Below are positions 19,817 through 28,806 of a DNA stretch of 64,000 nt, one piece after another (position 1 is the stretch's first letter; each line of letters starts with the position of its first letter). The translations under genes were made by a program, and so were the position numbers. This DNA is from Lysobacterales bacterium. Its GTDB lineage: Bacteria > Pseudomonadota > Gammaproteobacteria > Xanthomonadales > SZUA-5. The DNA is taken from positions 13,314-77,313 of the forward strand of contig JALHMH010000023.1 of assembly GCA_022844165.1 (NCBI GenBank), written 5' to 3'. The notes under the pieces are model-generated. The model made no database searches and was not told the origin of the DNA. It worked only from the letters and a program-made list of their open reading frames with translations.

Positions 19817-21395
19817 TCGCCGATTGCGCCATCGCGATTCGGTCACGCAAGGCGCGCAATCGGCGCTCACCGGGACGAATTTGTGTCACCGCGCGCTCCC
19901 ATTCCACGGCGCGATCGAGAGCGGCTTTGTCGCCATCGATGAGGGCCAGCTCCACCGCCGCACTCGCTGCGGCGAGCGCAGCGTCGATGTCATAGCGCGA
20001 AAGCGCGATGGCACGCTCGAACTGCGCCTGACTGCCGCGCAAATGTGATGCGGCTGCCGTGTCGCGCAACGCTTCCACGTAAGACGATTGCCCGGCCTCA
20101 AATGCCTCTTGCGCAGCCCACCTCGGCGCAAGGAGCGAGCGCCATTCCGGCAACATGGAGACCGCGACAAACAACAGTAGCGCTGCCCCGAAAGTACGTG
20201 CGCCGCGCGCCATCGCCCAGTTCGCGCCGGGTGCGCAGGCCAGGGCACAGCCGACCAGTACATAGGCGACAGCGCGATCAGGCAGCGTTGCGAAGCTAAA
20301 CTGCAAATGCACTGCGTACGCAGCCAACGCCGTCCCAAGCGCAAGCGCTTCGGCGCGATCTGTCCCACGACAACGCGACCAGAGCGCGATCGCCACCCAC
20401 GCCGTCAACAGTACGGACATCAGAAAACCCAATGCGCCCGTCGCTAACCAGCGATCGAGCAGCCACTGGTGGGCGCGATCGGCGCGCAGGTCTTGCGCCG
20501 CATCGCGCGGCGCGATGTTCGCAATCTGTTGGAGCGGCGAACCCACTTGATCCGGGCCGAACCCTACCAACGCCCTCAAGACATGGTAACGGTCGGCGGC
20601 GCCGTGCAGATCAACGACTGGGCGGTCTGATGTCGTCGCTTGTGTGGCCCGTTGCCACAGCTCCACACGATCGTGCAGCGACTCGATTCGGGTGCTCGCG
20701 ACCAGCGCAAACAGTGCCGCTCCGGCAATCGCCAACGCGATTCGCCAGCGCCGCGGCACGCCAATCGCCACGGCTGCGCCAGCGGTTACGACCGCCAACG
20801 CCAACCAGGCACTACGCGTACCCGTGGCGAACAACCCGATACCCGACAGCACGGCAGCGGACAACCAGGACAGCGAGCGGTGCCGCCACCAAAGCAGCAG
20901 AGCCAGCGGCATTGAGAGGGCGAAAAAACCAGCCAAACCCAGCGAATTGGAAAACGTACTGGCCGGTCGCGCCGTTGCCTGGTCATGCGGCCAATGCCAC
21001 CCTATGCGCTGCGACGCGGCATGCAGCGCAACCAGGACGCCCAGCCCGACGAGGCCGCGATAGAGCGTCTGCCGCGCCTGCGGGCCCATCGCAGCCCCGA
21101 GCGAGGTCATTGTCGCCATCGTCAGCGCTGCGAGCAAACCTTCAGCGCGCTCAAGCGATCCGAGCCATGCGGCGGACGGCTCCAGCGCAAAAAACGCAGC
21201 GACAGCAATGGGCGCGACGATCATCGCGCTCGCCAAATGAAGTGGCGGGCGCAGTACCAGGAGAACCGTGCCAACGCAGAGGGCGCAGGCGATCAATTTG
21301 TGCATCTCAGGCAGAGCCGACGTCGTCAGCATCGCCAGCCCGATCGCCAGCAAGGTGCTGAATGCCAGAGGGCGATGCTCGCTTCGTTCGTCCAT
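19806..21395 (-). CDS. O-antigen ligase / O-oligosaccharyltransferase-like membrane protein with helical C-terminus
   Basis: Many TM helices; RPASTFSN, TGTRSAWLA, GFGPD, DRAHQWLLD...GALG (Wzy_C-like). Confidence 0.75.
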   Translation of the reverse strand: MDERSEHRPLAFSTLLAIGLAMLTTSALPEMHKLIACALCVGTVLLVLRPPLHLASAMIVAPIAVAAFFALEPSAAWLGSLERAEGLLAALTMATMTSLGAAMGPQARQTLYRGLVGLGVLVALHAASQRIGWHWPHDQATARPASTFSNSLGLAGFFALSMPLALLLWWRHRSLSWLSAAVLSGIGLFATGTRSAWLALAVVTAGAAVAIGVPRRWRIALAIAGAALFALVASTRIESLHDRVELWQRATQATTSDRPVVDLHGAADRYHVLRALVGFGPDQVGSPLQQIANIAPRDAAQDLRADRAHQWLLDRWLATGALGFLMSVLLTAWVAIALWSRCRGTDRAEALALGTALAAYAVHLQFSFATLPDRAVAYVLVGCALACAPGANWAMARGARTFGAALLLFVAVSMLPEWRSLLAPRWAAQEAFEAGQSSYVEALRDTAAASHLRGSQAQFERAIALSRYDIDAALAAASAAVELALIDGDKAALDRAVEWERAVTQIRPGERRLRALRDRIAMAQSAISD

Positions 21396-21926
21396 GGCAC
21401 CCGACAAAAGTTGGCCCCGAGCGTTGGGGAGACGCTCGGGGCCGGGGGTTCGGGACGCCGGGATGGGGAATTCCCAGCGGCCCTGGGGTTCACTTTAGGG
21501 GAGGAGTGAACCGGGTCGAGTTTTATGCGACCCGACCCATAGATAGGTTGCCATCACTGGAAGTTCCAGTGCAGATGCCGAATGTCACCCGTTCAGTTCA
21601 GAATGGGCTAAGGCGGCGTCAAAAACTCGTCAACCGTACGCGCCAAATGACTGATGCAACTGACTTTTCTAGGATTCTCTCAACGACGCGCCGTGGGATG
21701 ATGAAACCAAATTAATGTTCTGCCAATCTGCCGCATGCCGATGTGCGCACCCCTTGTAGGAATTTTCTGACAGCGAAATCAGCTTTTCGCTGACAGACAC
21801 GCCGTCAGAGCCTCCCTATTGTCCGAGTCCGCGTCATCGCAACCGACGTGCATTGTGATCGCCGGCCACGTGCCGTTCTGGCGTCGCCATCGTTATCATC
21901 CGTGATGGATTTGTGGAGAATTGGTC

Positions 21927-23864
21927 GTGTTGGACGAAATTGAGCTTGAAGATTCCGAAGACGGCGAAAGTAGCGGCGACAGCTGGTTCGGTTCGTCGTG
22001 GGGCGGCGGCTTTCGGCAACTGGGCTCAGGCGTCCTATTTTTGGCGTCGCTGTTTTTGCTGTTCTGGAATGAAGGTGCAGGCAAGGCGCACTCCGATGCC
22101 TTGCACGAAGCCGAAGACGCCGTGATCGAAGCGCCATCGCACAAACTCGATCCGGCACTCGACGGCAAACTCATCCATGTCTCAGGCAATGTCACCGGCA
22201 ACGGCAACGTACGCGATCCAGACTTCGGCGTGGAAACCGAAGCCGTGGCGCTGTACCGCAACGTCGAGATGTTTCAATGGATCGAGGATGAGCAGACAAG
22301 CGGTCGCGGCCGTCGCAAACGCACCGAGGTCACGTATTACCAGGACTGGGACACCGAGTTTCACGATTCAAGTCGATTCGAACAACGTACCGGCCACGAG
22401 AACCCGCCGTTTGCGCTCAGCGGAGATGGATTTTTCGCGCCGAACGCCACTTTCGGGCCGTTCAAGTTCGATAGCGTCGAGGTCGCGCGGCAGGCGCTGG
22501 TCGACATGGACTTTCCGGAAGCGCCGGGCAGCCTCGGCCGCTGGCCAAAATTTCTCGATCGCCTGCCCACATTGCCAGCAGCCATGCAAACGAAAGGCTG
22601 GTATGAGCTGCAGCCCGGCGTTTTCTACAAAGGCAATCCGAACGTCGAATACGCTGAAGTTGGCGATATGCGGGTCTCGTTCTACGTGCTGCCGAGCAAC
22701 CACCAGATATCGGTGATCGGTCAGCAAAACGGCAATCGCATCGAAAAGTGGAGAGCCAGCAATAACGACAGCGTTCTGCTCGCCGTCGGCGGTGCGATGA
22801 GCGCCGATCGCATCATTGCCGAAGCTGTGGCAAACAACGAAAGTTCGACGAAACTGTTGCGTATCGTCGGCCTGATCGGTGCCGTCATTGGTGCCGCCGG
22901 TATGGCGGGATGGCTGACGAGCTTCTTGTCTTTTGTGCCGGTGATCGGTCCGATGGTGCAGATGTCGGCGATGGTCGCTGGCGCGTTGTTTGGTCTATCG
23001 ATCGGTGTTCTGACCATCATCATTGGCTGGTTGAATGCCAGGCCGTGGATTGGCGTTACGTTAATGCTCGCACTCATCGTGGGCATTGTTTACATGATGC
23101 GTCGCGGCCGACAACTGAAGTCAGCCGAGCGGCGTCAGAACGTCATTGCGAATGCCGCAGCGCGCGCCCGACAAGCCGCAGCCGACAAGCTTGCAATGCC
23201 GCCTTTGCCCGGCGCTGTCCCGGCGATGGCAGGTGGGCCGGCACTGTTCTCTGTTCCGCCACCTCCACCGCCGCCGCCGACTGCCGGCAACCCTGCGCGC
23301 ACTTCCAGCGCTCGTGCTGGCACACCCACTTCGTTCAACGAAGAAGAGCCGGAGCGTGATTTGCCGGCACTCGAGTGGACGCCCGGTTTGATGACTTTGA
23401 AGCCACCATCGGTGCGGCCCAAATCCGCCGATTCACAGCGTCCATTCGATGCCGTGGACGAACCCGCGTCGCCGGCGCAGGCACCGACGCCGACGGCCGC
23501 TCCGCCCGCGTTGCCCCCGAAGCCAGCGAAACCCGCCGAACAGAAGGCCGCAGGCAAGCTGTTCGATACGGTGCCGATGCGCGATCCGGCACCACTTTTC
23601 GATACTGTACCGATGCGCGGGGAGCTGCCTTACGATCTGATCGACGATCGCCCCCCCGAACCACCCCAGCCAGAACCGGCCAAACCCAGACGCATCTCGC
23701 TGGGCAGCAAAGGGCCTTACCAGCTCAATAAGATTGTCAAACTGCTCGCCGACGGCAACGACCAGCTGCTGTGTTTCGAACTGGTGAAAGATGGCCGACC
23801 GATCAAGCGCGGCACACAGGACGAAATCAAAGCGGCGCTGGCTGAGGCGTTGAAGGGGACTTAG
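21927..23864 (+). CDS. TMEM43/DUF1625-family membrane protein with long Pro-rich C-terminal tail
   Basis: LLFWNEG, DGKLIHVSG, DPDFGV, LYRNVEMFQWIE, VGDMRVSF, four TM helices; GGAG RBS before GTG 21927. Confidence 0.85.
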   Translation: MLDEIELEDSEDGESSGDSWFGSSWGGGFRQLGSGVLFLASLFLLFWNEGAGKAHSDALHEAEDAVIEAPSHKLDPALDGKLIHVSGNVTGNGNVRDPDFGVETEAVALYRNVEMFQWIEDEQTSGRGRRKRTEVTYYQDWDTEFHDSSRFEQRTGHENPPFALSGDGFFAPNATFGPFKFDSVEVARQALVDMDFPEAPGSLGRWPKFLDRLPTLPAAMQTKGWYELQPGVFYKGNPNVEYAEVGDMRVSFYVLPSNHQISVIGQQNGNRIEKWRASNNDSVLLAVGGAMSADRIIAEAVANNESSTKLLRIVGLIGAVIGAAGMAGWLTSFLSFVPVIGPMVQMSAMVAGALFGLSIGVLTIIIGWLNARPWIGVTLMLALIVGIVYMMRRGRQLKSAERRQNVIANAAARARQAAADKLAMPPLPGAVPAMAGGPALFSVPPPPPPPPTAGNPARTSSARAGTPTSFNEEEPERDLPALEWTPGLMTLKPPSVRPKSADSQRPFDAVDEPASPAQAPTPTAAPPALPPKPAKPAEQKAAGKLFDTVPMRDPAPLFDTVPMRGELPYDLIDDRPPEPPQPEPAKPRRISLGSKGPYQLNKIVKLLADGNDQLLCFELVKDGRPIKRGTQDEIKAALAEALKGT

Positions 23865-24061
23865 CGACGCATGGCCAGGGGCGAACGATCCTTTTGGTAT
23901 TCCTGCGCGCGTTCCGCATGGTCGATTGTCGGGGGCACGCGGGCGCCAACAATGATGCGTAGATTTTTGTTGATCAGGCGCACGATTCCTTTCTCGCTAC
24001 GGCCGCCGGTGGCGATGGCGTTCTGCTCGCGACGCTGCCATCGAGAGGGCTCCGCCCGCCG

Positions 24062-26722
24062 CTATCCCGCGCGCCGCACCAGAATGTGCGTCACGAGGCT
24101 GCGCAGCGCAGGCGCGCGGATCGGCTTGATCAGATGCCCCCAGGCGTTGACACTGGCGGCGTTGCGCAGCTCGGGGTCTCGATCTGTGGTCATCAGGATC
24201 AGGCTCGGTTCTTCCGCGGCAGCGCCAGGCCAGCGGGCGCAGAGCTGCGTCCAGATCGGGCCAGGGTTCTTGCCCGGGGGCAAATCCAGCACCAACACCT
24301 GTGGCGGCGGCTGGTGGATTGCCGCGGCGAGCGCCGCGCCTTCGCTGCCAGCGAACGTGACCTGGCAGCCCCAGCTTTGCAGCAGCGAACCGACGGCAGC
24401 GCACGCCGATGAATCGTCGTCGATGCACCAGATGCGACATCCGCGCAAGGCCGAATCGTCCTGTGCCGTGAATCCCAGTTCCGCCGTCGCCGACACCGGC
24501 GAGGTCAATCTCGGCTCGCCGAGCGGGACCTGCACCCAGAACGTGCTGCCGCTCCCGAGCACGGAGCGTAGTCCGATCGGATGTTCCAGCAGGCGGCCGA
24601 TGCGCTCGACGATCGCCAGGCCAAGCCCCGCGCCGCGGTCGCCGCTGCCGGCATTGTCGAGGCGACGAAACTCCTCAAAGATCTCGCGCTGCTGCGATTC
24701 TGGGATGCCAGAGCCCTGATCGTGTACTTCGATCCTCAGGCTGCGTCCGCTGCGCCGGCAGCCGAGCAGCACGCGACCGCCGTTCGTGTAGCGGATGGCA
24801 TTGGCGAGGAAGTTCTGCAGGACGCGGCGCAGGAGATCGAAATCGCTGCGCACGACGGCACGGGTCGCAACGATGCGCAACTGCAGGCCGCGCGCCCGGG
24901 CGACGATGGCGGCCTCATTGCCGACCGCCTCCAACAGGCTCGCCAGCGCAAAGTCTCGTTGCTGGACGGCAAGGTTGCCGGACTCCAGACGTGCGATGTC
25001 CAGCAGGCTGCCCAGGATCGCGTCCTGGGCCGCCAGGGATTGTTCGACCTGACTGGCGATGGCCTGTGCTTCCGCTGCGACGACATGGCCGCGCAGCGCA
25101 GCCAGGAACATCCGCGCGGCATTCAGAGGCTGCAGCAGATCATGCACGGCGGCGGCCACGAATCGCGACTTATGGCGGTTGGCGATTTCCGCTTCCTGTC
25201 TGGCGGCGTCGAGCGCTCGTGTGCGATCCACCACGCGCCGCTCCAGCGCGTCGGCGAGTGAGCGCAACTCGCGCGCGGCGTTGCGATAGCTGGTGATATC
25301 CGCGTAGCTGGTGACGAAACCGCCTTCGGGCAGCGGGTTGCCGCGAATCTCGAGGACCGTACCGTCGTCCTTCTCGCTTTCCCGTTGATGCGGACTGCCG
25401 GAGCGCAAGTGTTGCATTCGACGTTCGATGGCGTCCTCCACGGGACCCGGGCCCAACAAACCACGCTGCGCGTTGTACCGGAACAGGTTCTGGATGGGCT
25501 GGCCGATGCGCAGCAGATCCGGCGGGAAGCGGAACAATTCCTGATAGCGAGAATTCCACGCCGTCAGTCGCAATTGCGCATCGACGATCACGACGCCCTG
25601 AGGCAGATGTTCAAGGCTGCGGCTCAAGCCGGCATCGGCTTGTCGCGCGGCCTCGACGATGCCGTCCTGCGCGGTTCGCAGTTCACGCGCATGTTGCCTG
25701 AGCATCGATTCGAGCTCTTCGCGGCTACGTTCCTTCAGTGCCGCCGTGCGCCGCCGCTGTAACACCAACAGCGCGAGGAAGGACGCGGCGAGCACGCCGC
25801 CGCCAGCTGCGAGCGCTGCGTTTCGTGCCGCAGCACGTATGGCGCCCGCATCGTGGATCAAGTGCAGCTGCCAGCCAACCTCAGGAAGCGGCAGCGATTG
25901 CCAAAGCACTGGCGCGCGCAGTCGCGGATCGGCAACCTGCAACTGGCGTGGGCCGGCGTCATGCCGCAGGGCTTCGGTGGTCTGGATCGGCAGCAACGTC
26001 TGACCCGCGTACTGCTGTGTGGCCTCCAGCTTCTCGCGATCACTTTCGCCGAGCGGCGTCAGCGTTCGATAGCGCCACTCGGGCCGGCTGGCGAGAAAGA
26101 TGACGCCATGCGCGTCGCTGACGAGCACGACATCGGAGGTGGTCAGCCATTCGGTCTCCAGTGCGTCGAAATCGATCTTGATGACCACGAGGCCAGCAAC
26201 CCCGCCGTTGGCATTTCCGATCGCCTGGGACAAAAAATAACCCGGCTCGCCGGTCGTCATGCCGATGCCGTAAAACTGGCCGCTGCCTTCGCGCAGTCCT
26301 TGTTGCACGTAAGGCCTGAAGCTGTAATCACCACCGACGTTGCTCGCGGGCGTTCGCCAGTTGCTGGCGGCGAGCGCAATTCCGTTCGCATCGATCAGCG
26401 TGAGCGTGGAAGAGCGCGTAACGTTGTTGGCGGCTTCCAATCGCTGATTGAGCGCCAGGCGACGCGCGGCATCGATCGGCGTCGACAACGCTGCCAATAA
26501 CTCGGGGTCCAGCGCCAGCACCTGGGGCAGTGTACGGTAGCGGTCGATGCGTTGCTGCAGCGACTGCGCGTAGAGCGCCAATTGCCGATCGAGCTGCTCG
26601 GTTTCGCGTTGCAGCGCGATTTGCCCGCCCCAGCGATAAGCCAGCAGCATCGATAGCAGCAGCAGGCCCACGATCGACATCGCGACCAGCATCGGGCGTG
26701 ATTGAGAGAACTGGACTGGCAT
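24062..26722 (-). CDS. Hybrid sensor histidine kinase (DctB-like dCache + PAS + HisKA/HATPase + REC)
   Basis: DYSFRPY..., GMTTGEPGYF sensor; HDLLQPLNAAR H-box; NFLANAIRYT, DQGSGI, GLGLAIV; REC DDD...D...T...KP. Confidence 0.92.
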   Translation of the reverse strand: MPVQFSQSRPMLVAMSIVGLLLLSMLLAYRWGGQIALQRETEQLDRQLALYAQSLQQRIDRYRTLPQVLALDPELLAALSTPIDAARRLALNQRLEAANNVTRSSTLTLIDANGIALAASNWRTPASNVGGDYSFRPYVQQGLREGSGQFYGIGMTTGEPGYFLSQAIGNANGGVAGLVVIKIDFDALETEWLTTSDVVLVSDAHGVIFLASRPEWRYRTLTPLGESDREKLEATQQYAGQTLLPIQTTEALRHDAGPRQLQVADPRLRAPVLWQSLPLPEVGWQLHLIHDAGAIRAAARNAALAAGGGVLAASFLALLVLQRRRTAALKERSREELESMLRQHARELRTAQDGIVEAARQADAGLSRSLEHLPQGVVIVDAQLRLTAWNSRYQELFRFPPDLLRIGQPIQNLFRYNAQRGLLGPGPVEDAIERRMQHLRSGSPHQRESEKDDGTVLEIRGNPLPEGGFVTSYADITSYRNAARELRSLADALERRVVDRTRALDAARQEAEIANRHKSRFVAAAVHDLLQPLNAARMFLAALRGHVVAAEAQAIASQVEQSLAAQDAILGSLLDIARLESGNLAVQQRDFALASLLEAVGNEAAIVARARGLQLRIVATRAVVRSDFDLLRRVLQNFLANAIRYTNGGRVLLGCRRSGRSLRIEVHDQGSGIPESQQREIFEEFRRLDNAGSGDRGAGLGLAIVERIGRLLEHPIGLRSVLGSGSTFWVQVPLGEPRLTSPVSATAELGFTAQDDSALRGCRIWCIDDDSSACAAVGSLLQSWGCQVTFAGSEGAALAAAIHQPPPQVLVLDLPPGKNPGPIWTQLCARWPGAAAEEPSLILMTTDRDPELRNAASVNAWGHLIKPIRAPALRSLVTHILVRRAG

Positions 26723-26764
26723 GTGGACAGCGTAGCGCAGTTGGGCCTGGATGTTTCAAAGGCT

Positions 26765-26788
26765 CCAGCGAGGCTTCGCCCCGCTCAG
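26765..26788 (-). repeat. End fragment (G) of the CTAG-bounded repeat
   Basis: ccagcgaggcttcgcc matches the end ctagcgaggcttcgcc at 27100. Confidence 0.6.
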
Positions 26789-26812
26789 TCCTCAATGAAA
26801 CAGTCCGCTGAC

Positions 26813-26928
26813 GCGAACCATGGATGGTTCGCTGATGGATCGAGCACGCAAGTGCCTGATCCATGTAGAGCGAGTCCGGACCTGTGCCGGACTCGCGACG
26901 TCGAGAAAGTGCAGGAAAGCACTTTCTC
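26813..26928. other. Array of four consecutive stem-loops
   Basis: GCGAACCA-tgga-TGGTTCGC; ATGGATC...GATCCAT; GCGAGTCCGG-acctgtg-CCGGACTCGC; GAGAAAGTGC-aggaaa-GCACTTTCTC. Confidence 0.75.
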
Positions 26929-26937
26929 AACACCACA

Positions 26938-27103
26938 CTAGTGTGGTGTCCCAAAAGTAAGGTGAACAATTTCCGCGTCTTTCGACCCGAATGCTGCGTT
27001 GTTCGTCGTCGCCATAGCGCTGCTATGGCTCCTTCTCTCGCCTTGCCTCGGACCGAAATCCATCGGAAATTTAGTTCAACTTACTTCTGGGACACCACAC
27101 TAG
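26938..27103. mobile_element. MITE-like element with ~40-bp terminal inverted repeats bounded by CTAG
   Basis: Left CTAGTGTGGTGTCCCAAAAGTAAGGTGAAC--AATTTCCG versus reverse complement of right end CTAGTGTGGTGTCCCAGAAGTAAGTTGAACTAAATTTCCG; no coding capacity. Confidence 0.85.
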
Positions 27104-27352
27104 CGAGGCTTCGCCTCAGACCGCCGAGCATTGTTGGCTTCGCCAGACACCGTACTTGCCACAACCCCCATCGAGCGCTGCGCGCATTTCCGGCCCGGCG
27201 GCACAGCCGCCGGTCGTTCGGCTCGGCACACGCCTTGCGGCGTGTAAGCGCCGATCTTCACCCCCCTTAATTTAAGGGGGCTGCCAAAGCCAAAGCCGCT
27301 CCTAAGAAAATTTGACTCAAACGACAAGATCCGGCTTCGTCAAGGACTCTAG
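27100..27352 (-). repeat. Full-length copy (A) of the CTAG-bounded repeat
   Basis: CTAG at both ends; reverse complement aligns end to end with 33402-33640. Confidence 0.92.
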
Positions 27353-27382
27353 TATCTTTAGGTTATTCGGGTGACCGGTGCA

Positions 27383-27397
27383 TGGTGTTAGAACTGC
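27383..27397 (+). promoter_or_regulatory. Possible weak sigma54-like site upstream of dctA
   Basis: TGGTGTTAGAACTGC has GG-N10-GC spacing but a poor -24 box. Confidence 0.3.
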
Positions 27398-27421
27398 GTA
27401 CGTCACTCCTGGACGTCAACC

Positions 27422-28774
27422 ATGGCGCTTTCTGCCACCGTCGAACCCGTTGCCGAACAGCGCTTGCCGCTGTATCGGCAGCTGTACTTTCAGGTCGTGG
27501 TGGCGATCACATTGGGTGTGCTCGTTGGCCATTTCGAGCCTGAACTCGGCGCAGCATTGAAGCCATTGGGCGATGGCTTCATCAAATTGGTCAAGATGAT
27601 CATCGCACCGGTGATCTTCCTGACGATCGTCACCGGCATTGCCGGTATCGCCGAGATGCGCACGGTCGGTCGTGTCTTCATCAAGGCGATGGCTTATTTC
27701 TTGTTCTTTTCTACGCTGGCCCTGGTCGTCGGCATGATCGTCGCGCACGTGGTGCGGCCCGGCGCGGGCATGAACATCGATCCGGCAACCCTGGATGCCA
27801 CGGCGATCCAGGGTTACGTGCAGCAGTCTCAGGAAATGTCGCTGATCAACTTCGTGCTCGACATCATTCCGACCACCCTGGTCAGTCCGCTCGTCGGCGG
27901 CAATCTGTTGCAAGTCCTGCTGATCGCTGTTTTGTTTGGTATTTCGCTGGCGATGGTCGGAGCGCCGGGGCGACCCGTGCTGCATTTCTTGCAGGCGCTC
28001 ACGGCACCGGTTTTCACGCTCGTGCACCTGCTGATGAAAGCGGCACCGATTGGCGCGTTCGGCGCGATTGCGTTCACTATCGGCAAGTACGGCTTAAGCT
28101 CGTTGGTCAACCTGGCGTGGCTCGTCGGGACCTTCTATCTGACGTCGCTGTTGTTCGTGCTGCTGGTGCTGGGTGCGGTCGCCAGGCTCAGCGGCTTTTC
28201 GATCTTCAAGTTGATCCGGTATTTGAAAGCTGAGCTTTGGCTGGTGCTGGGCACCTCATCGTCCGAGTCGGCATTGCCTTCGCTGATGGAAAAGATGGAG
28301 CGCGCCGGTTGCGCCAAGCCGGTCGTCGGCCTGGTGGTGCCGACCGGATATTCGTTCAATCTCGACGGCACCAACATCTACATGACGCTGGCCGCGTTGT
28401 TCATCGCGCAGGCGACCAATATTGAACTTTCGCTGGGCCAACAGCTGGGCCTGCTGCTGGTTGCAATGCTCACTTCCAAGGGTGCAGCAGGCGTCACGGG
28501 CGCAGGTTTTATCACCCTGGCAGCCACGCTTGCGGTGGTGCCGGAAGTGCCCGTCGCCGGGATGGCGCTGGTCCTCGGCGTGGATCGTTTCATGAGCGAA
28601 TGCCGCTCATTGACCAATTTTATCGGCAACGCTGTCGCCACACTCGTTGTCGCGCGCTGGGAAGGGCAGCTGGATCGCGACGCGCTGAACCGTGCTCTTG
28701 CGGATGCACCGCAGCTTGCGGCGAATCCCAACCCGGCTGTCGCGGGCGATCCGCGAACGCTGGACGTCGATTGA
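27422..28774 (+). CDS. dctA: C4-dicarboxylate:cation symporter
   Basis: [62 protein letters not shown]. Confidence 0.96.
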   Translation: MALSATVEPVAEQRLPLYRQLYFQVVVAITLGVLVGHFEPELGAALKPLGDGFIKLVKMIIAPVIFLTIVTGIAGIAEMRTVGRVFIKAMAYFLFFSTLALVVGMIVAHVVRPGAGMNIDPATLDATAIQGYVQQSQEMSLINFVLDIIPTTLVSPLVGGNLLQVLLIAVLFGISLAMVGAPGRPVLHFLQALTAPVFTLVHLLMKAAPIGAFGAIAFTIGKYGLSSLVNLAWLVGTFYLTSLLFVLLVLGAVARLSGFSIFKLIRYLKAELWLVLGTSSSESALPSLMEKMERAGCAKPVVGLVVPTGYSFNLDGTNIYMTLAALFIAQATNIELSLGQQLGLLLVAMLTSKGAAGVTGAGFITLAATLAVVPEVPVAGMALVLGVDRFMSECRSLTNFIGNAVATLVVARWEGQLDRDALNRALADAPQLAANPNPAVAGDPRTLDVD

Positions 28775-28806
28775 ACCGGATGGAACACAGAGGGAGGACG
28801 CACACC

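Noticed and set aside
21540-21900. Known riboswitch upstream of the TMEM43-like gene
   Set aside because: Could not match c-di-GMP, SAM, TPP, cobalamin or glycine consensus motifs by eye
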